Origin: a virus
Direction: 5' to 3' (one strand)
Length of the DNA stretch: 64,000 nucleotides
IMG/VR virus record: IMGVR_UViG_3300032291_002405
Location: 2,282 to 66,281 of that record
A program made the translations under genes and the position numbers. A model generated the notes under the pieces. It was not told where the DNA came from. It did no database searches and was given only the letters and a program-made list of their open reading frames with translations. This document shows positions 1 through 9,428 of the stretch, piece by piece. Numbering within the stretch: the stretch's first letter is position 1; every line of letters begins with the position of its first letter.

Positions 1-133
1 CCGAGAATAATACCTTACATAACATTTATTGACGATTAAAGATTTTTATGTTGTTTAACAACTGTTGTAAAATCTAAAATGAAAGTTAATAATACTAATC
101 GAATAAACATTACCATACACATATTTATTTCAT

Positions 134-703
134 ATGGAAATATCAAAAGAAAAGGCATTAGATATTCTTGAATTTATAATAGATTCGGGAAAATTTGACT
201 TGTCTGAATTTAAATCGTTAAAAAATAAAAATCATTCTGTATCTGACTTTTCCGATAAGTTTTCAAAATTATTAAAATATATTAATATGGATGATGATAA
301 TTCAGTTGATTTTATTTATCATCTAATCGATTTTAATTTGGAAAATATTGAAAATAATAGTCTGTCGTCTGAAAATATAGTAATACCTGAATTAAAAAGA
401 TTCAAATTAAATTACACAGTTGTTGTGGATAAACAAGAGTCTGAGAATTGGGAAGACAGTAGGGATGGTTATTCGGAAAAATCAATTTATTGGGACTATA
501 TGATGGGTTATTGGCACTTTAATGATGGTGACTATATTGATTCAAGTGTTATTAATTCTGAAGTTTCAGATTATTGGTTTGATTCAATGGTTCCCGAACA
601 AGAACAATCAATTAAAGAACATGTAGAAACCAATCAACAAAAAGTTGAAAAACTTTTAAAGATGAAAAAAATAATTGAAAATAAAATAAAAGAACTATCA
701 TGA
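134..703 (+). CDS. hypothetical phage protein (acidic; possible paralog of 4525..5100)
   Basis: 189-aa ORF; TATTTAT at 122-128 just upstream. Confidence 0.7.
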   Translation: MEISKEKALDILEFIIDSGKFDLSEFKSLKNKNHSVSDFSDKFSKLLKYINMDDDNSVDFIYHLIDFNLENIENNSLSSENIVIPELKRFKLNYTVVVDKQESENWEDSRDGYSEKSIYWDYMMGYWHFNDGDYIDSSVINSEVSDYWFDSMVPEQEQSIKEHVETNQQKVEKLLKMKKIIENKIKELS

Positions 704-1332
704 ATTTAAAAAGGATAATACACGAATCATTGTTAAATGAACAAAACAAATCTTTAGTGTTAACCGAAGATGTTGATGTATCTGAAAATTTACAATACCA
801 TATTCAAGAAAATTTATCGTTAACTGAAAATGTATTTAGAGTTTATTCTAAAAAATATTTTGAATTAATTAATGAAGTTCGTCAATTACATTCTGATGGT
901 AAGATTAAATTAAATGAAGATGACTCTGAAATAATCTTAACCGATATTGGTGAATCTGTTATTTTAGAAGATGGTACCGAAGTGTATTTAGATGCACCTT
1001 TTATCGAAGAAGTTGTAACTGATGATGATATTCAAAATTTAACGGAGGCATTACATAGAGGTAAAAAAGTTAATCTTAATAAACCATTTAGAACCCCTGG
1101 CGGTCCAAAGAAGTTTGCGGTATATGTTAAAACACCGAAAGGAACTGTTAAGAAAGTAACATTTGGTTATCCCGGATTAAGAGTTAAAAATTCAAATAAA
1201 AAAGCCGCAAAATCATTCAGAGCCCGTCACAAATGTGACCAAAAGAAAGACAGAACAAAAGCCGGCTACTGGGCGTGTTCAATAGGTAGATACGCCAAAC
1301 AATTAGGTTTAAAATCATCAGCTTCTTGGTAA
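700..1332 (+). CDS. conserved large-phage protein with RTPGGPKKFAVYV...FRARHKC...AGYWAC domain
   Basis: Basic C-terminal domain recognisable from large phages; N-terminus MNLKRIIHESLLNEQ. Confidence 0.7.
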   Translation: MNLKRIIHESLLNEQNKSLVLTEDVDVSENLQYHIQENLSLTENVFRVYSKKYFELINEVRQLHSDGKIKLNEDDSEIILTDIGESVILEDGTEVYLDAPFIEEVVTDDDIQNLTEALHRGKKVNLNKPFRTPGGPKKFAVYVKTPKGTVKKVTFGYPGLRVKNSNKKAAKSFRARHKCDQKKDRTKAGYWACSIGRYAKQLGLKSSASW

Positions 1333-1394
1333 TTTTAACATTATGATAATATTGGTTTAACACATTCCATTAATTAATTTTCTATTTATAATCA

Positions 1395-2102
1395 ATGGAA
1401 ATGAAAGACCTAATAACAATTGTGATTCCATGTAAAAATGAATCTCACAACATAAGTAATTTATTGTCAAATATTAATTCACAATATTATATTAAAGATG
1501 TAAACATATATGTTGCCGATTCAAGTGATGATGTCTCAACAAATTTACACATTTTATCACAAACAGATAAAGAAACAAAAATACATATAATTGAAGGTGG
1601 GTTACCTTCTACTGCTCGTCACAATGGAGCTCTTTTATGTAAAACACCTTATATACTTTTCTTAGATTCTGACATGGTTATCGAATCGCCAGTATTTATA
1701 TCAAATATTTTAAATGAAATTATTAAACGACAGGGTTCTCTACTTACTTGTAAAGTACGAACAACCGATACGTCTTATGACAAACTTTATAAGATGTTTG
1801 ATTTAATTCAAAAACTACATAAAATCACAGGACCATTTGCCTTAGGTGGTATTATGTTGTTCGAAACTAAAACCTATTTTGAACTTGGTGGTTTTAATCC
1901 TGAAGATGTTATTGCCGAAGACTATAATCTAAGTAGAAAAGTACCATCAGACAAATTCATATTATCAAATAAAATTATTAAAACATCACCAAGAAGGTTT
2001 AACAACAAGGGTGTTTATTATATGGTAAAACTAATGGTTAAAACATTTATCAACAGAAATAATAAAAATTTTTATAAAAAATCACATTCATATTGGTCAT
2101 GA
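1395..2102 (+). CDS. glycosyltransferase family 2
   Basis: ITIVIPCKNE, ARHNGA, LFLDSD (DxD), GGF..D..AED, TSPRRF motifs. Confidence 0.9.
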   Translation: MEMKDLITIVIPCKNESHNISNLLSNINSQYYIKDVNIYVADSSDDVSTNLHILSQTDKETKIHIIEGGLPSTARHNGALLCKTPYILFLDSDMVIESPVFISNILNEIIKRQGSLLTCKVRTTDTSYDKLYKMFDLIQKLHKITGPFALGGIMLFETKTYFELGGFNPEDVIAEDYNLSRKVPSDKFILSNKIIKTSPRRFNNKGVYYMVKLMVKTFINRNNKNFYKKSHSYWS

Positions 2103-2815
2103 AATACAGAACAGTAATAATGTCTGACTTACACTTAGGTTCAAAATCTTGTAGAGCTGACGATATTTTAAAATTTTTAAACAAGTTGGAATGTAAAACA
2201 CTAATACTAAATGGTGACATAATCGATGGATGGGCATTAAAAAGAGGTTCCAAATGGATTGACAAACATACCAAAGTAGTTCGTAAACTACTAAAAATGG
2301 CCGAAAAAGGAACTCAAATTATATGGATTCGAGGTAATCATGATGATTTTTTAGATGAACATTTAGGAACAATTATCGGTAATATTAGTATAACTGATGA
2401 ATTAATATATCAAGGTCTTAATCAAAAATCATATTACATTGTCCACGGTGATAAGTTAGATGTTTTTTCATCAAAATTTAAGCTTATCGCCAAAATCGGG
2501 TCAATCGGATATGATTTAGCATTATGGTTAAACCGGTGGTATAACAAATATCGAGAGTGGAGAAATTTACCTTACTATTCAATTTCTAAAAAAATTAAAG
2601 ATAGTGTTAAATCTGCAGTATCCTTTGTTGCTGACTTTGAAAATAATGCAATCAAATTATCCAAATCAAAAAAATGTGATTTCATTATTTGTGGTCACAT
2701 ACACAAGCCAACAATAATAAATGGTTATATGAATTCAGGTGATTGGTGTGAAAATTCAAGTGCGTTGGTTGAAAATGATAAAGGTGTATGGACTATTGTC
2801 TATTGTAATGTATAA
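2093..2815 (+). CDS. calcineurin-like metallophosphoesterase (LpxH-like family)
   Basis: SDLHLG, GDIIDGW, GNHDD, HGD, CGHIH, NSGDW motifs. Confidence 0.9.
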   Translation: MVMKYRTVIMSDLHLGSKSCRADDILKFLNKLECKTLILNGDIIDGWALKRGSKWIDKHTKVVRKLLKMAEKGTQIIWIRGNHDDFLDEHLGTIIGNISITDELIYQGLNQKSYYIVHGDKLDVFSSKFKLIAKIGSIGYDLALWLNRWYNKYREWRNLPYYSISKKIKDSVKSAVSFVADFENNAIKLSKSKKCDFIICGHIHKPTIINGYMNSGDWCENSSALVENDKGVWTIVYCNV

Positions 2816-2823
2816 TTATATAT

Positions 2824-3093
2824 ATGAACAAACCATTTGAACAAGAAATATTTGACAATTACTACATTCGAGTTTTTTCCAAAGACGTTGAAGTTGATGA
2901 ATTAAAATGGCATTCAGACAATGAAAACCGTAAAGTGACTATTTTGGAAGGTGATGGATGGGAATTTCAAATTGATGATGAACTACCAATTAACTTAAAG
3001 TCAGGTGATGTTATCAGAATACCAAAAGGTATTCATCACAGAATAAAAAGAGGTGTTACCGATTTAAAAATTAAAATTGAGTTTTATGACTAA
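2824..3093 (+). CDS. cupin-domain protein
   Basis: KWHSD...ILEG...GDVIRIPKGIHHRI cupin motifs. Confidence 0.8.
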   Translation: MNKPFEQEIFDNYYIRVFSKDVEVDELKWHSDNENRKVTILEGDGWEFQIDDELPINLKSGDVIRIPKGIHHRIKRGVTDLKIKIEFYD

Positions 3094-3709
3094 TAAGTTA
3101 AACTCAAACATCCCCCACTTTAAAGCTAAAATTAAAAAATCATTCTTTACAAAAGATGATGAGCATTCTGACGAATACTACGATGTAATTTGTTTCGGTA
3201 TTCAATCGTTATCAGGTAAAATATTAACATTTCATGTTATGACAGATACAGGTATGATGAGAAGTCGTGTTCCCATATCTGAGATATACACTAAAGAATG
3301 TGAAACAGATATTCCATTTCATTACAAACAATTATGGGATTGTTTTTCGGACAATGTGTCAATTATTAAATACGATTTTTTAGAATACCATAGAGCCCAA
3401 ATACTTTTACGTGATGGGTCCAAGGTTTGGGGTGAATACATGTTTACAGTTGACTGGTTTAATAACCCATATAGTGATGAACCGACAGATTATAAATGTG
3501 GTCATGTCTTTTCATCTGACGATGGTTATTTGTTGTGCATGCCAAACAATAGAATATTTTGGAAAGATTCAAATTGGGTGACCAAAAAATTACCAATAGA
3601 CTTAAAACAATTTAAAGTCGATACTAATTTACCGTCTGTTGAAAACGTTTCGGATAGGTGGGTCAGCGAAGACACGGATAGTTTCTATTACGATATTACT
3701 GAAGAGTAA
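3086..3709 (+). CDS. conserved hypothetical phage protein
   Basis: QLWDCFS, YMFTVDW, PNNRIFW motifs; ATG at 3086 is the likely start. Confidence 0.7.
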   Translation: MTNKLNSNIPHFKAKIKKSFFTKDDEHSDEYYDVICFGIQSLSGKILTFHVMTDTGMMRSRVPISEIYTKECETDIPFHYKQLWDCFSDNVSIIKYDFLEYHRAQILLRDGSKVWGEYMFTVDWFNNPYSDEPTDYKCGHVFSSDDGYLLCMPNNRIFWKDSNWVTKKLPIDLKQFKVDTNLPSVENVSDRWVSEDTDSFYYDITEE

Positions 3710-3710
3710 T

Positions 3711-4100
3711 TTATTTATCAATTTCTTCGATAAATAAATATGGAAATTCTTCTTTAACTTCATGTAACGGTAATTGAATTGTTTTTTCATACAATGATAA
3801 ACTATCAGTTAAATACTTAAAAAAGGAAAAAGTTTGAGAATTTTTCACGGTTTTTGCAAACGTTGCTAAGGTATCGTTATCTTTTTTTTGAATATTAATA
3901 TTCGTTATTATTTCAGCCTTATCCCAAACTAAAAATATGTCATATCCAAAAACAGTTCCAATGTAATTCAACTTATTAGTTTGTTTAACTTCACAACAAT
4001 CATGGAAAATTATTGTATCGTCACCGTGTTGTCGGGTCACGGTTATGAAATAAAATTCTTTTATAAAATCCAAACAAATTTCAGTTTCGGTCATAATCAA
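3711..4100 (-). CDS. hypothetical protein
   Basis: 129-aa ORF filling the gap. Confidence 0.6.
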   Translation of the reverse strand: MIMTETEICLDFIKEFYFITVTRQHGDDTIIFHDCCEVKQTNKLNYIGTVFGYDIFLVWDKAEIITNINIQKKDNDTLATFAKTVKNSQTFSFFKYLTDSLSLYEKTIQLPLHEVKEEFPYLFIEEIDK

Positions 4101-4109
4101 AATATATTA

Positions 4110-4138
4110 AAAAAGGGTGAATTTCTCCACCCTTTTTG
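4110..4138 (-). terminator. intrinsic terminator (probably bidirectional)
   Basis: aaaaagggtg-aatttctc-caccctttt hairpin flanked by A/T tracts. Confidence 0.75.
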
Positions 4139-4198
4139 GGGTTGAACCGGTTAGGGTTTCAACGTTCCACCACTTATTTTTAAGATAAAATAAGAAAC

Positions 4199-4474
4199 TT
4201 AATGAGGTATGGTATTAACAATTTCAATCAAATGTTCTTTATCTACCCATTCAATAACATCACCATTTGCCGAAGGAATAACTTTCTTAGTTACAAAATT
4301 ATTATTCTTATCAAAAACTGATATTTGGAATGTCGTTTCAAAATCACCACATAAACCTTGATGTCCACCTGTAATCGATACAGTGTACAATCCAAGTTTC
4401 AATAAAGTTTGTTTACCACCCAAGGGAGATTGAGTAATAGCATTATTGATTATGTCTTCAAAAGTTATTTCCAT
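4199..4474 (-). CDS. hypothetical protein
   Basis: 91-aa ORF. Confidence 0.65.
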   Translation of the reverse strand: MEITFEDIINNAITQSPLGGKQTLLKLGLYTVSITGGHQGLCGDFETTFQISVFDKNNNFVTKKVIPSANGDVIEWVDKEHLIEIVNTIPH

Positions 4475-4524
4475 TATACTGAATTATACTATATTTTTTT
4501 TACAAAGTAAAATATTTATCAATA

Positions 4525-5100
4525 ATGAATCAACAAAGAAAAATTAAAAAAAATCTGTCATTATATAGACTAATTGAAAATGAAGAATCGTCGGTTCCAA
4601 ACACATTAACAGATAAGGAAGTCTTTATTGTTACTTACCTTTTGGAAGATGTTGATAGAAGTGTTCTTTATTCCGCAGAACGTTATTGGGACGAATTGAA
4701 GCCCTATGACATGAAAAAAATTATTGATACTATTTTTACACCAATATTACCATACGTTAATAAAAAAAATTTAAAAGGTGATTTGAGATTATATCAATAT
4801 ATTTTTTGTGCTTTGGAAAATGATACTTCAGTAACTACTGATACACCAATACGAAGAATGAAAAACTATAACTATAAAATATGGGAAATTAGAAGACAAA
4901 TAGAATATGTTGATTGGAGAACCGAAATACCTGGTTTTAGCCTTGATGAAGTTAGGAATAAGTCGGAGTTAATTCAGGAATCATTATGGGACTGGAACCC
5001 TGAAAGTAACGATTCTGATTATGGTGATAGTGAGTTTTTAGGTCTTGAAGATGAAGAAATTAGGGATTCGATATATGAAAAATTTTTAGTTATTGACTAA
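4525..5100 (+). CDS. hypothetical phage protein
   Basis: 191-aa ORF; TATTTAT at 4513-4519. Confidence 0.7.
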   Translation: MNQQRKIKKNLSLYRLIENEESSVPNTLTDKEVFIVTYLLEDVDRSVLYSAERYWDELKPYDMKKIIDTIFTPILPYVNKKNLKGDLRLYQYIFCALENDTSVTTDTPIRRMKNYNYKIWEIRRQIEYVDWRTEIPGFSLDEVRNKSELIQESLWDWNPESNDSDYGDSEFLGLEDEEIRDSIYEKFLVID

Positions 5101-5355
5101 CATTTCAGTTTTTGTCATCGCATATTCAGCTAATGTCATCCCGTTTATTTTAGATACAATTACACTTTCAACCAATACTGAATAAGGAATATGTATGAAC
5201 ATTTCCTGAGCATCATATGTTGTCAAATCAGTTTTTAATGCAAGTGCTCCTTGAACCATCTTACAAAAGATTCTGAATTGCGTTTGGTCATTAAAAGATG
5301 GTATTGTCAATTCACCGAACTTTGGGTGGTAGAAACTTAATTGATACTTATTCAT
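5086..5355 (-). CDS. hypothetical protein
   Basis: Likely start MNKYQL at 5355, directly after TTGTTT-N17-TATATTTG. Confidence 0.7.
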   Translation of the reverse strand: MNKYQLSFYHPKFGELTIPSFNDQTQFRIFCKMVQGALALKTDLTTYDAQEMFIHIPYSVLVESVIVSKINGMTLAEYAMTKTEMLVNN

Positions 5356-5389
5356 ACCACAAATATAAAATAAAAACTTTATAAAAACA

Positions 5390-5420
5390 AAAAACCCCAA
5401 GATTTTTTTTTCTTGAGGTT
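5390..5420 (-). terminator. intrinsic terminator closing the large ncRNA transcript
   Basis: Minus strand AACCTCAAGA-A-rich loop-TCTTGGGGTT followed by a T-rich tract. Confidence 0.7.
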
Positions 5421-5459
5421 CAGATTGAAGGTCACTACCCTTCTTGACTTTTGGCTGAA

Positions 5460-6300
5460 ACGCTGAGACTATACGTTTTATTGACCTGTCTTTTGTAGAG
5501 ATTATACCCGACTAAGGTTTCCTCTCGTGTCCACAAATGTTGCCATCTGTATCAAGTCATCACCGATTGTTTACGTCAATCACTCGTTTCGGTTAACCCT
5601 ACTCAACTATTACTTATCTCTATGGAATCTTGCGGACTCCCTAAACCCGTGCCCAGGTACTAGGACTTTCTTAGTCAAAACTGAAGGACTTGGGGTCCTG
5701 TCAATTTCCTCGTTAGCTTTGGCTCAAGGAATTAGGTGACTTTCAGTTTAACCGCTCAGAGACTTATCCTTTTATTAGTTTCTTTTCTTCAACGTAAGAA
5801 TCCAACATTGTGAGTCTATGAAGGTTGAGCTCTGAGGTGGCTAGCTTCTCTTTTGAAGAAGGAAATACCACTCAACCTTCTGTAATCCGCCAAGACTACG
5901 ATTTATCTTGATATCGTTGAGTCGCCTCTTGGATACCTATGATAAACTGGTACCTAGCCCTACATCAGATTGGCGTCTGAGTCGAACCATCACCTTTACC
6001 TATTCCTATTGGTGTCTCCACCTCAATCCTGATACTCACGTAATCAGGATGGATACCCCCTCTCAGCTGTTGCCCATGAGGATTTACCCGTAGGTAATTT
6101 GTTTAGTTGTGAGCCACTTTCGTGACACCGAAGTATTCGGTCGTTGAAACCTTTTCTCCTTATAGTCCCGTTACCGGGGTTATCTTAATCGACGCTAAAC
6201 CGCCGAATTATGTCTGTTATCAACTGATTGTAATAAGTGGAGGGGTCCATTTATTTCCCATCAGTTGGACATACCAATAATTAAAAGAACGTTTTTCAAA
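5460..6300 (-). ncRNA. large structured ncRNA, GOLLD-like
   Basis: ~0.85 kb GC-richer island with no credible ORF; many hairpins (e.g. GAAGGTTGAG...CTCAACCTTC, ATCCTGAT...ATCAGGAT); own promoter and terminator; 3' end AAAACGTATAGTCTCAGC resembles the GOLLD 3' terminus as I recall it. Confidence 0.65.
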
Positions 6301-6353
6301 AGAAGGAAACCACGATTTTACGACAACGTCAACCTTTCTCCTGAATTGTTTTA

Positions 6354-6384
6354 CAAAGTTAAGTAAGTTATTTGATTTTGTCAA
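6354..6384 (-). promoter_or_regulatory. host-type promoter TTGACA-N17-TAACTTTG driving the ncRNA
   Basis: Perfect -35 hexamer, 17-nt spacer, Bacteroidetes-type TAnnTTTG element; a TATTTAT motif also lies at ~6427-6437. Confidence 0.7.
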
Positions 6385-6463
6385 GTACTTTCTAAAACTT
6401 TTTTTTAATAAATCTTTGTGATTGTGATAAATAAATACAACTATTTTTTAAAAAAGTCAAACA

Positions 6464-6850
6464 TTATAATAAAATTTCTAAAACTTTTTTTAAATCTTTA
6501 GATATTTCAGGTAAATCGGTTAACTTAAAATACTGACATTCTGTATGCTCATTTCCATCTTTGGCGTTTTTCAAGTCAGGATATATTTCACTATCACTCT
6601 TTAATTGATATAAATGAACCTTACCACTTACCCCATATATAATGGAAATAAATGATAAATCATTTGTTGTGATTTTAATATCTGTTTCTTCAAAAAATTC
6701 TCTAACCGCAGCGTCAATTGGTTCTTCACCGTTCTCAATTTTACCCGAAGGAAATGACCACATATTAGGTAATACCCTTCTGTCGGGTGCTCGTTTACAA
6801 AGTAAACATTTATTATTTGATTTAACAATTACACCTGAATATTCTTTCAT
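6464..6850 (-). CDS. NUDIX hydrolase
   Basis: GKIENGEEPIDAAVREFFEETDI Nudix box. Confidence 0.92.
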   Translation of the reverse strand: MKEYSGVIVKSNNKCLLCKRAPDRRVLPNMWSFPSGKIENGEEPIDAAVREFFEETDIKITTNDLSFISIIYGVSGKVHLYQLKSDSEIYPDLKNAKDGNEHTECQYFKLTDLPEISKDLKKVLEILL

Positions 6851-6876
6851 ATAATATAATATATTTATTTAAGTAT

Positions 6877-7230
6877 ATGAAAGTTATTATAAATGACAAT
6901 GTTTTCAAGGTTAAAGTTTGTATGACCCCTGAAACTATTTCAAAAGGCATGATGGGCCAAAAATTTAACAATGATTTTAATGGTATGTTATTTATGATGC
7001 CAAATGATGGTTATCAATCTTTTTGGATGAAAAACTGTTTAATACCGTTAGACATTATTTTCATTGACTCAGATAAAAAAATAACGTCGATTCAAAAGAA
7101 TTGTGAACCGTGTAAAAAAATTGAATGTCCAACTTATGAAGGTACTGGTCAATATGTTTTGGAACTAGAAGGTGGAACTTGTGATATTTGTGAAATAGAG
7201 CCAGGTCAAAAAATTAAAATTACCCTTTGA
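6877..7230 (+). CDS. DUF192 family protein
   Basis: GMLF...FWMKNCLIPLDIIFI...YVLEL signature. Confidence 0.9.
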   Translation: MKVIINDNVFKVKVCMTPETISKGMMGQKFNNDFNGMLFMMPNDGYQSFWMKNCLIPLDIIFIDSDKKITSIQKNCEPCKKIECPTYEGTGQYVLELEGGTCDICEIEPGQKIKITL

Positions 7231-8617
7231 TTTCTTTTTTCAACTCATCAACAATTTTACTTTGAATGTTCTTAGTTAGTTTTACATAAGGTGTTTCATC
7301 ACCATCATCTCTTCGGTATCCACCACCTGATGGTTTTCTTTTAGCTCTACCGTAGTAATTTAATCCTGAAATATTAGTTATACATTTATGACCCCCCGAA
7401 TTTGCCTTAACAATATTCCATAAAGGTAACCCAAAGTTATCTAATATTTGTAATTCATTTTCACTTAAATTATTGTATGGTGTATCTAAAATATCTTTTA
7501 ATTTTTCCCATCCTTCCATATTTTCTAATTTAGAATAAACTTCAGGATAAAATGCTTCCAAATCAGTAGATGTGAACCCAACTGAATCATCAATAGTTGA
7601 TGTTTCACTTACCCATTTTAAAGTTGTTATTGGTATAATTTTTTCTTCAAACCAACCACGGGCAGTTTCAAGTAATTTATCGGCAATACTACCCAAATTT
7701 ACACCGGGTAATGGCCTATCTTTTTTATATGGATTACAAGATGCTTGTACTAACCCCATTGGCCACGCAATAACCAAAAAATTAGCATCAGGATAAATTT
7801 CAAATGGTGTATATCTATCATATGAACCCGGTTTGAACATACTACCTCCCCCATATTGAATAATAATCCCATCTTCATATTTTATATTAGGGCTTTTTCT
7901 TTGTGATTCAATATACTCTTCTTGATTTTTTGTCATTTGTTCAGGAGTTGCGAATCCTGATTTCTTGGCATATGTCTTAATATTATTTAGAATACTTAAC
8001 AAAGATGGTTCTGAGTTCATCACCAAATATTCTAAAAATCCTGGTTTGTTTTTATAAGCTAGTAATAATTTATTAGCGACTAATCCCATGGCCATTTTAT
8101 TTTTAGAAAGACCTGCCTCTTTATCCATTCTAAATAGATAATTCATCACGTCTTTTGGTGTTAAACCTTTTTCCTTGTATTTTGCAGCATCGACAGTTGA
8201 AATAATATCGATGTCCGTATTTGTGAATATTTCTCTTGGTGAAACTATTTGTGATATCGTTTTAACATTTGATGGAGACTCCGCAAATGATGTTGATGAT
8301 GTGTCACTAGCACCAACTTGTTTGTCGTGATGGTCTGTGTGGATTTTAAACATTGGCTTTCCATGTGCAAAATCTACAAGAACTGGCATAACATCACCTT
8401 CCGCATCCATCTTTTTAATTGCGAATTCTCTATCACCATATTGAATGACTTCAGTGTCCACAACTTGTATTCCATTACGTTCCAAATACTTTTTCATGGC
8501 CAAAGCGGTTGTAACACCATCCAAATCTTGGTGGAAATAAATTTTTGCTTTAGGATATCTTTTAGTTAGTTCCTTGATATCCCTAATACCCGATTCTCTA
8601 ATTATTGTTTTACCCAT
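7220..8617 (-). CDS. DHH-family phosphoesterase-like protein
   Basis: FHQDLDG, VLVDF, TDHHD and C-terminal SGGH motifs. Confidence 0.75.
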   Translation of the reverse strand: MGKTIIRESGIRDIKELTKRYPKAKIYFHQDLDGVTTALAMKKYLERNGIQVVDTEVIQYGDREFAIKKMDAEGDVMPVLVDFAHGKPMFKIHTDHHDKQVGASDTSSTSFAESPSNVKTISQIVSPREIFTNTDIDIISTVDAAKYKEKGLTPKDVMNYLFRMDKEAGLSKNKMAMGLVANKLLLAYKNKPGFLEYLVMNSEPSLLSILNNIKTYAKKSGFATPEQMTKNQEEYIESQRKSPNIKYEDGIIIQYGGGSMFKPGSYDRYTPFEIYPDANFLVIAWPMGLVQASCNPYKKDRPLPGVNLGSIADKLLETARGWFEEKIIPITTLKWVSETSTIDDSVGFTSTDLEAFYPEVYSKLENMEGWEKLKDILDTPYNNLSENELQILDNFGLPLWNIVKANSGGHKCITNISGLNYYGRAKRKPSGGGYRRDDGDETPYVKLTKNIQSKIVDELKKEIKG

Positions 8618-9396
8618 TAGTCGTCAAATCCAAAAAAATCTGATATTCCCATAACTATTTTATCCATGATGTCACCATGTTCTTTTTGGCAAATTTTCAA
8701 AGTTGCTTTGTCTTTTGTCGGCATTTTACTACTCGTATCATACCCCCACACACCGTCTTGTTCTACACCAATACTACCCTGATATGTATATATAGCTTGA
8801 GCTGTTTTTGAATTTGGATATCTTCCGATGCTACCATCAACAACTAAAGATTTACCTGAATCATCTTTAATACCTTTTTTATTTAAAAAACATTGTATAG
8901 CTTTTTTGGCGTTCATTTCTTCGGCCTGTTCTTTTAATATATTTCTTTCTTTGATAACTTTTTTAACAATTCTGTGTAAATCAGATTCGGTTAATTTTAT
9001 AACTTTTTTCTTTTTCATTTTATTTTCCTTTAACGTTAATAAATATTTTACTTTATTAAAAACTGCCATCATTTCATCACGGATGTTTAACAAATCAGTA
9101 TCTTTAACATCGTCAAGAATATCATCAAATGATATCAAATAATCGACAACACCTGTCGCCCACTCATTAATATCAACATCTTCATAATCAAACATTTCTA
9201 ATTTTTGATTTTTAGTTGATGGTCTTCCATATTTACCCATTGTAACTTCAACAAAATCATCAATCAAATCTTCTAAATCATCGAACGCATCTCCTAATGC
9301 CTCATGTTGAGCCAATGATTTAGTTTGCCAATGAAAATATTTTACTTGATTAAATAGTTCTTGTAATCCAGCGACTACTTCTGATACATTATTCAT
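8617..9396 (-). CDS. ferritin/Dps-like (DUF5856-type) domain fused to a peptidoglycan-binding domain
   Basis: N-terminal FHWQT..HEAL..LEDLIDDFVE; C-terminal AIQCFLN..VDGSIG..TAQAIYTYQ..DGVWG. Confidence 0.7.
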   Translation of the reverse strand: MNNVSEVVAGLQELFNQVKYFHWQTKSLAQHEALGDAFDDLEDLIDDFVEVTMGKYGRPSTKNQKLEMFDYEDVDINEWATGVVDYLISFDDILDDVKDTDLLNIRDEMMAVFNKVKYLLTLKENKMKKKKVIKLTESDLHRIVKKVIKERNILKEQAEEMNAKKAIQCFLNKKGIKDDSGKSLVVDGSIGRYPNSKTAQAIYTYQGSIGVEQDGVWGYDTSSKMPTKDKATLKICQKEHGDIMDKIVMGISDFFGFDD

Positions 9397-9428
9397 AATG
9401 ATAAATATGAGTAAGGCATAAAAAAAGG

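Noticed and set aside
5527-6093. ORFs 5527..5739 and 5908..6093
   Set aside because: Non-ATG starts and atypical composition; antisense to the structured RNA.
5460-6300. rRNA fragment, group I/II intron, tmRNA or RNase P RNA
   Set aside because: I could not find their conserved cores, and no flanking exon is interrupted; a formal cmscan is still needed.
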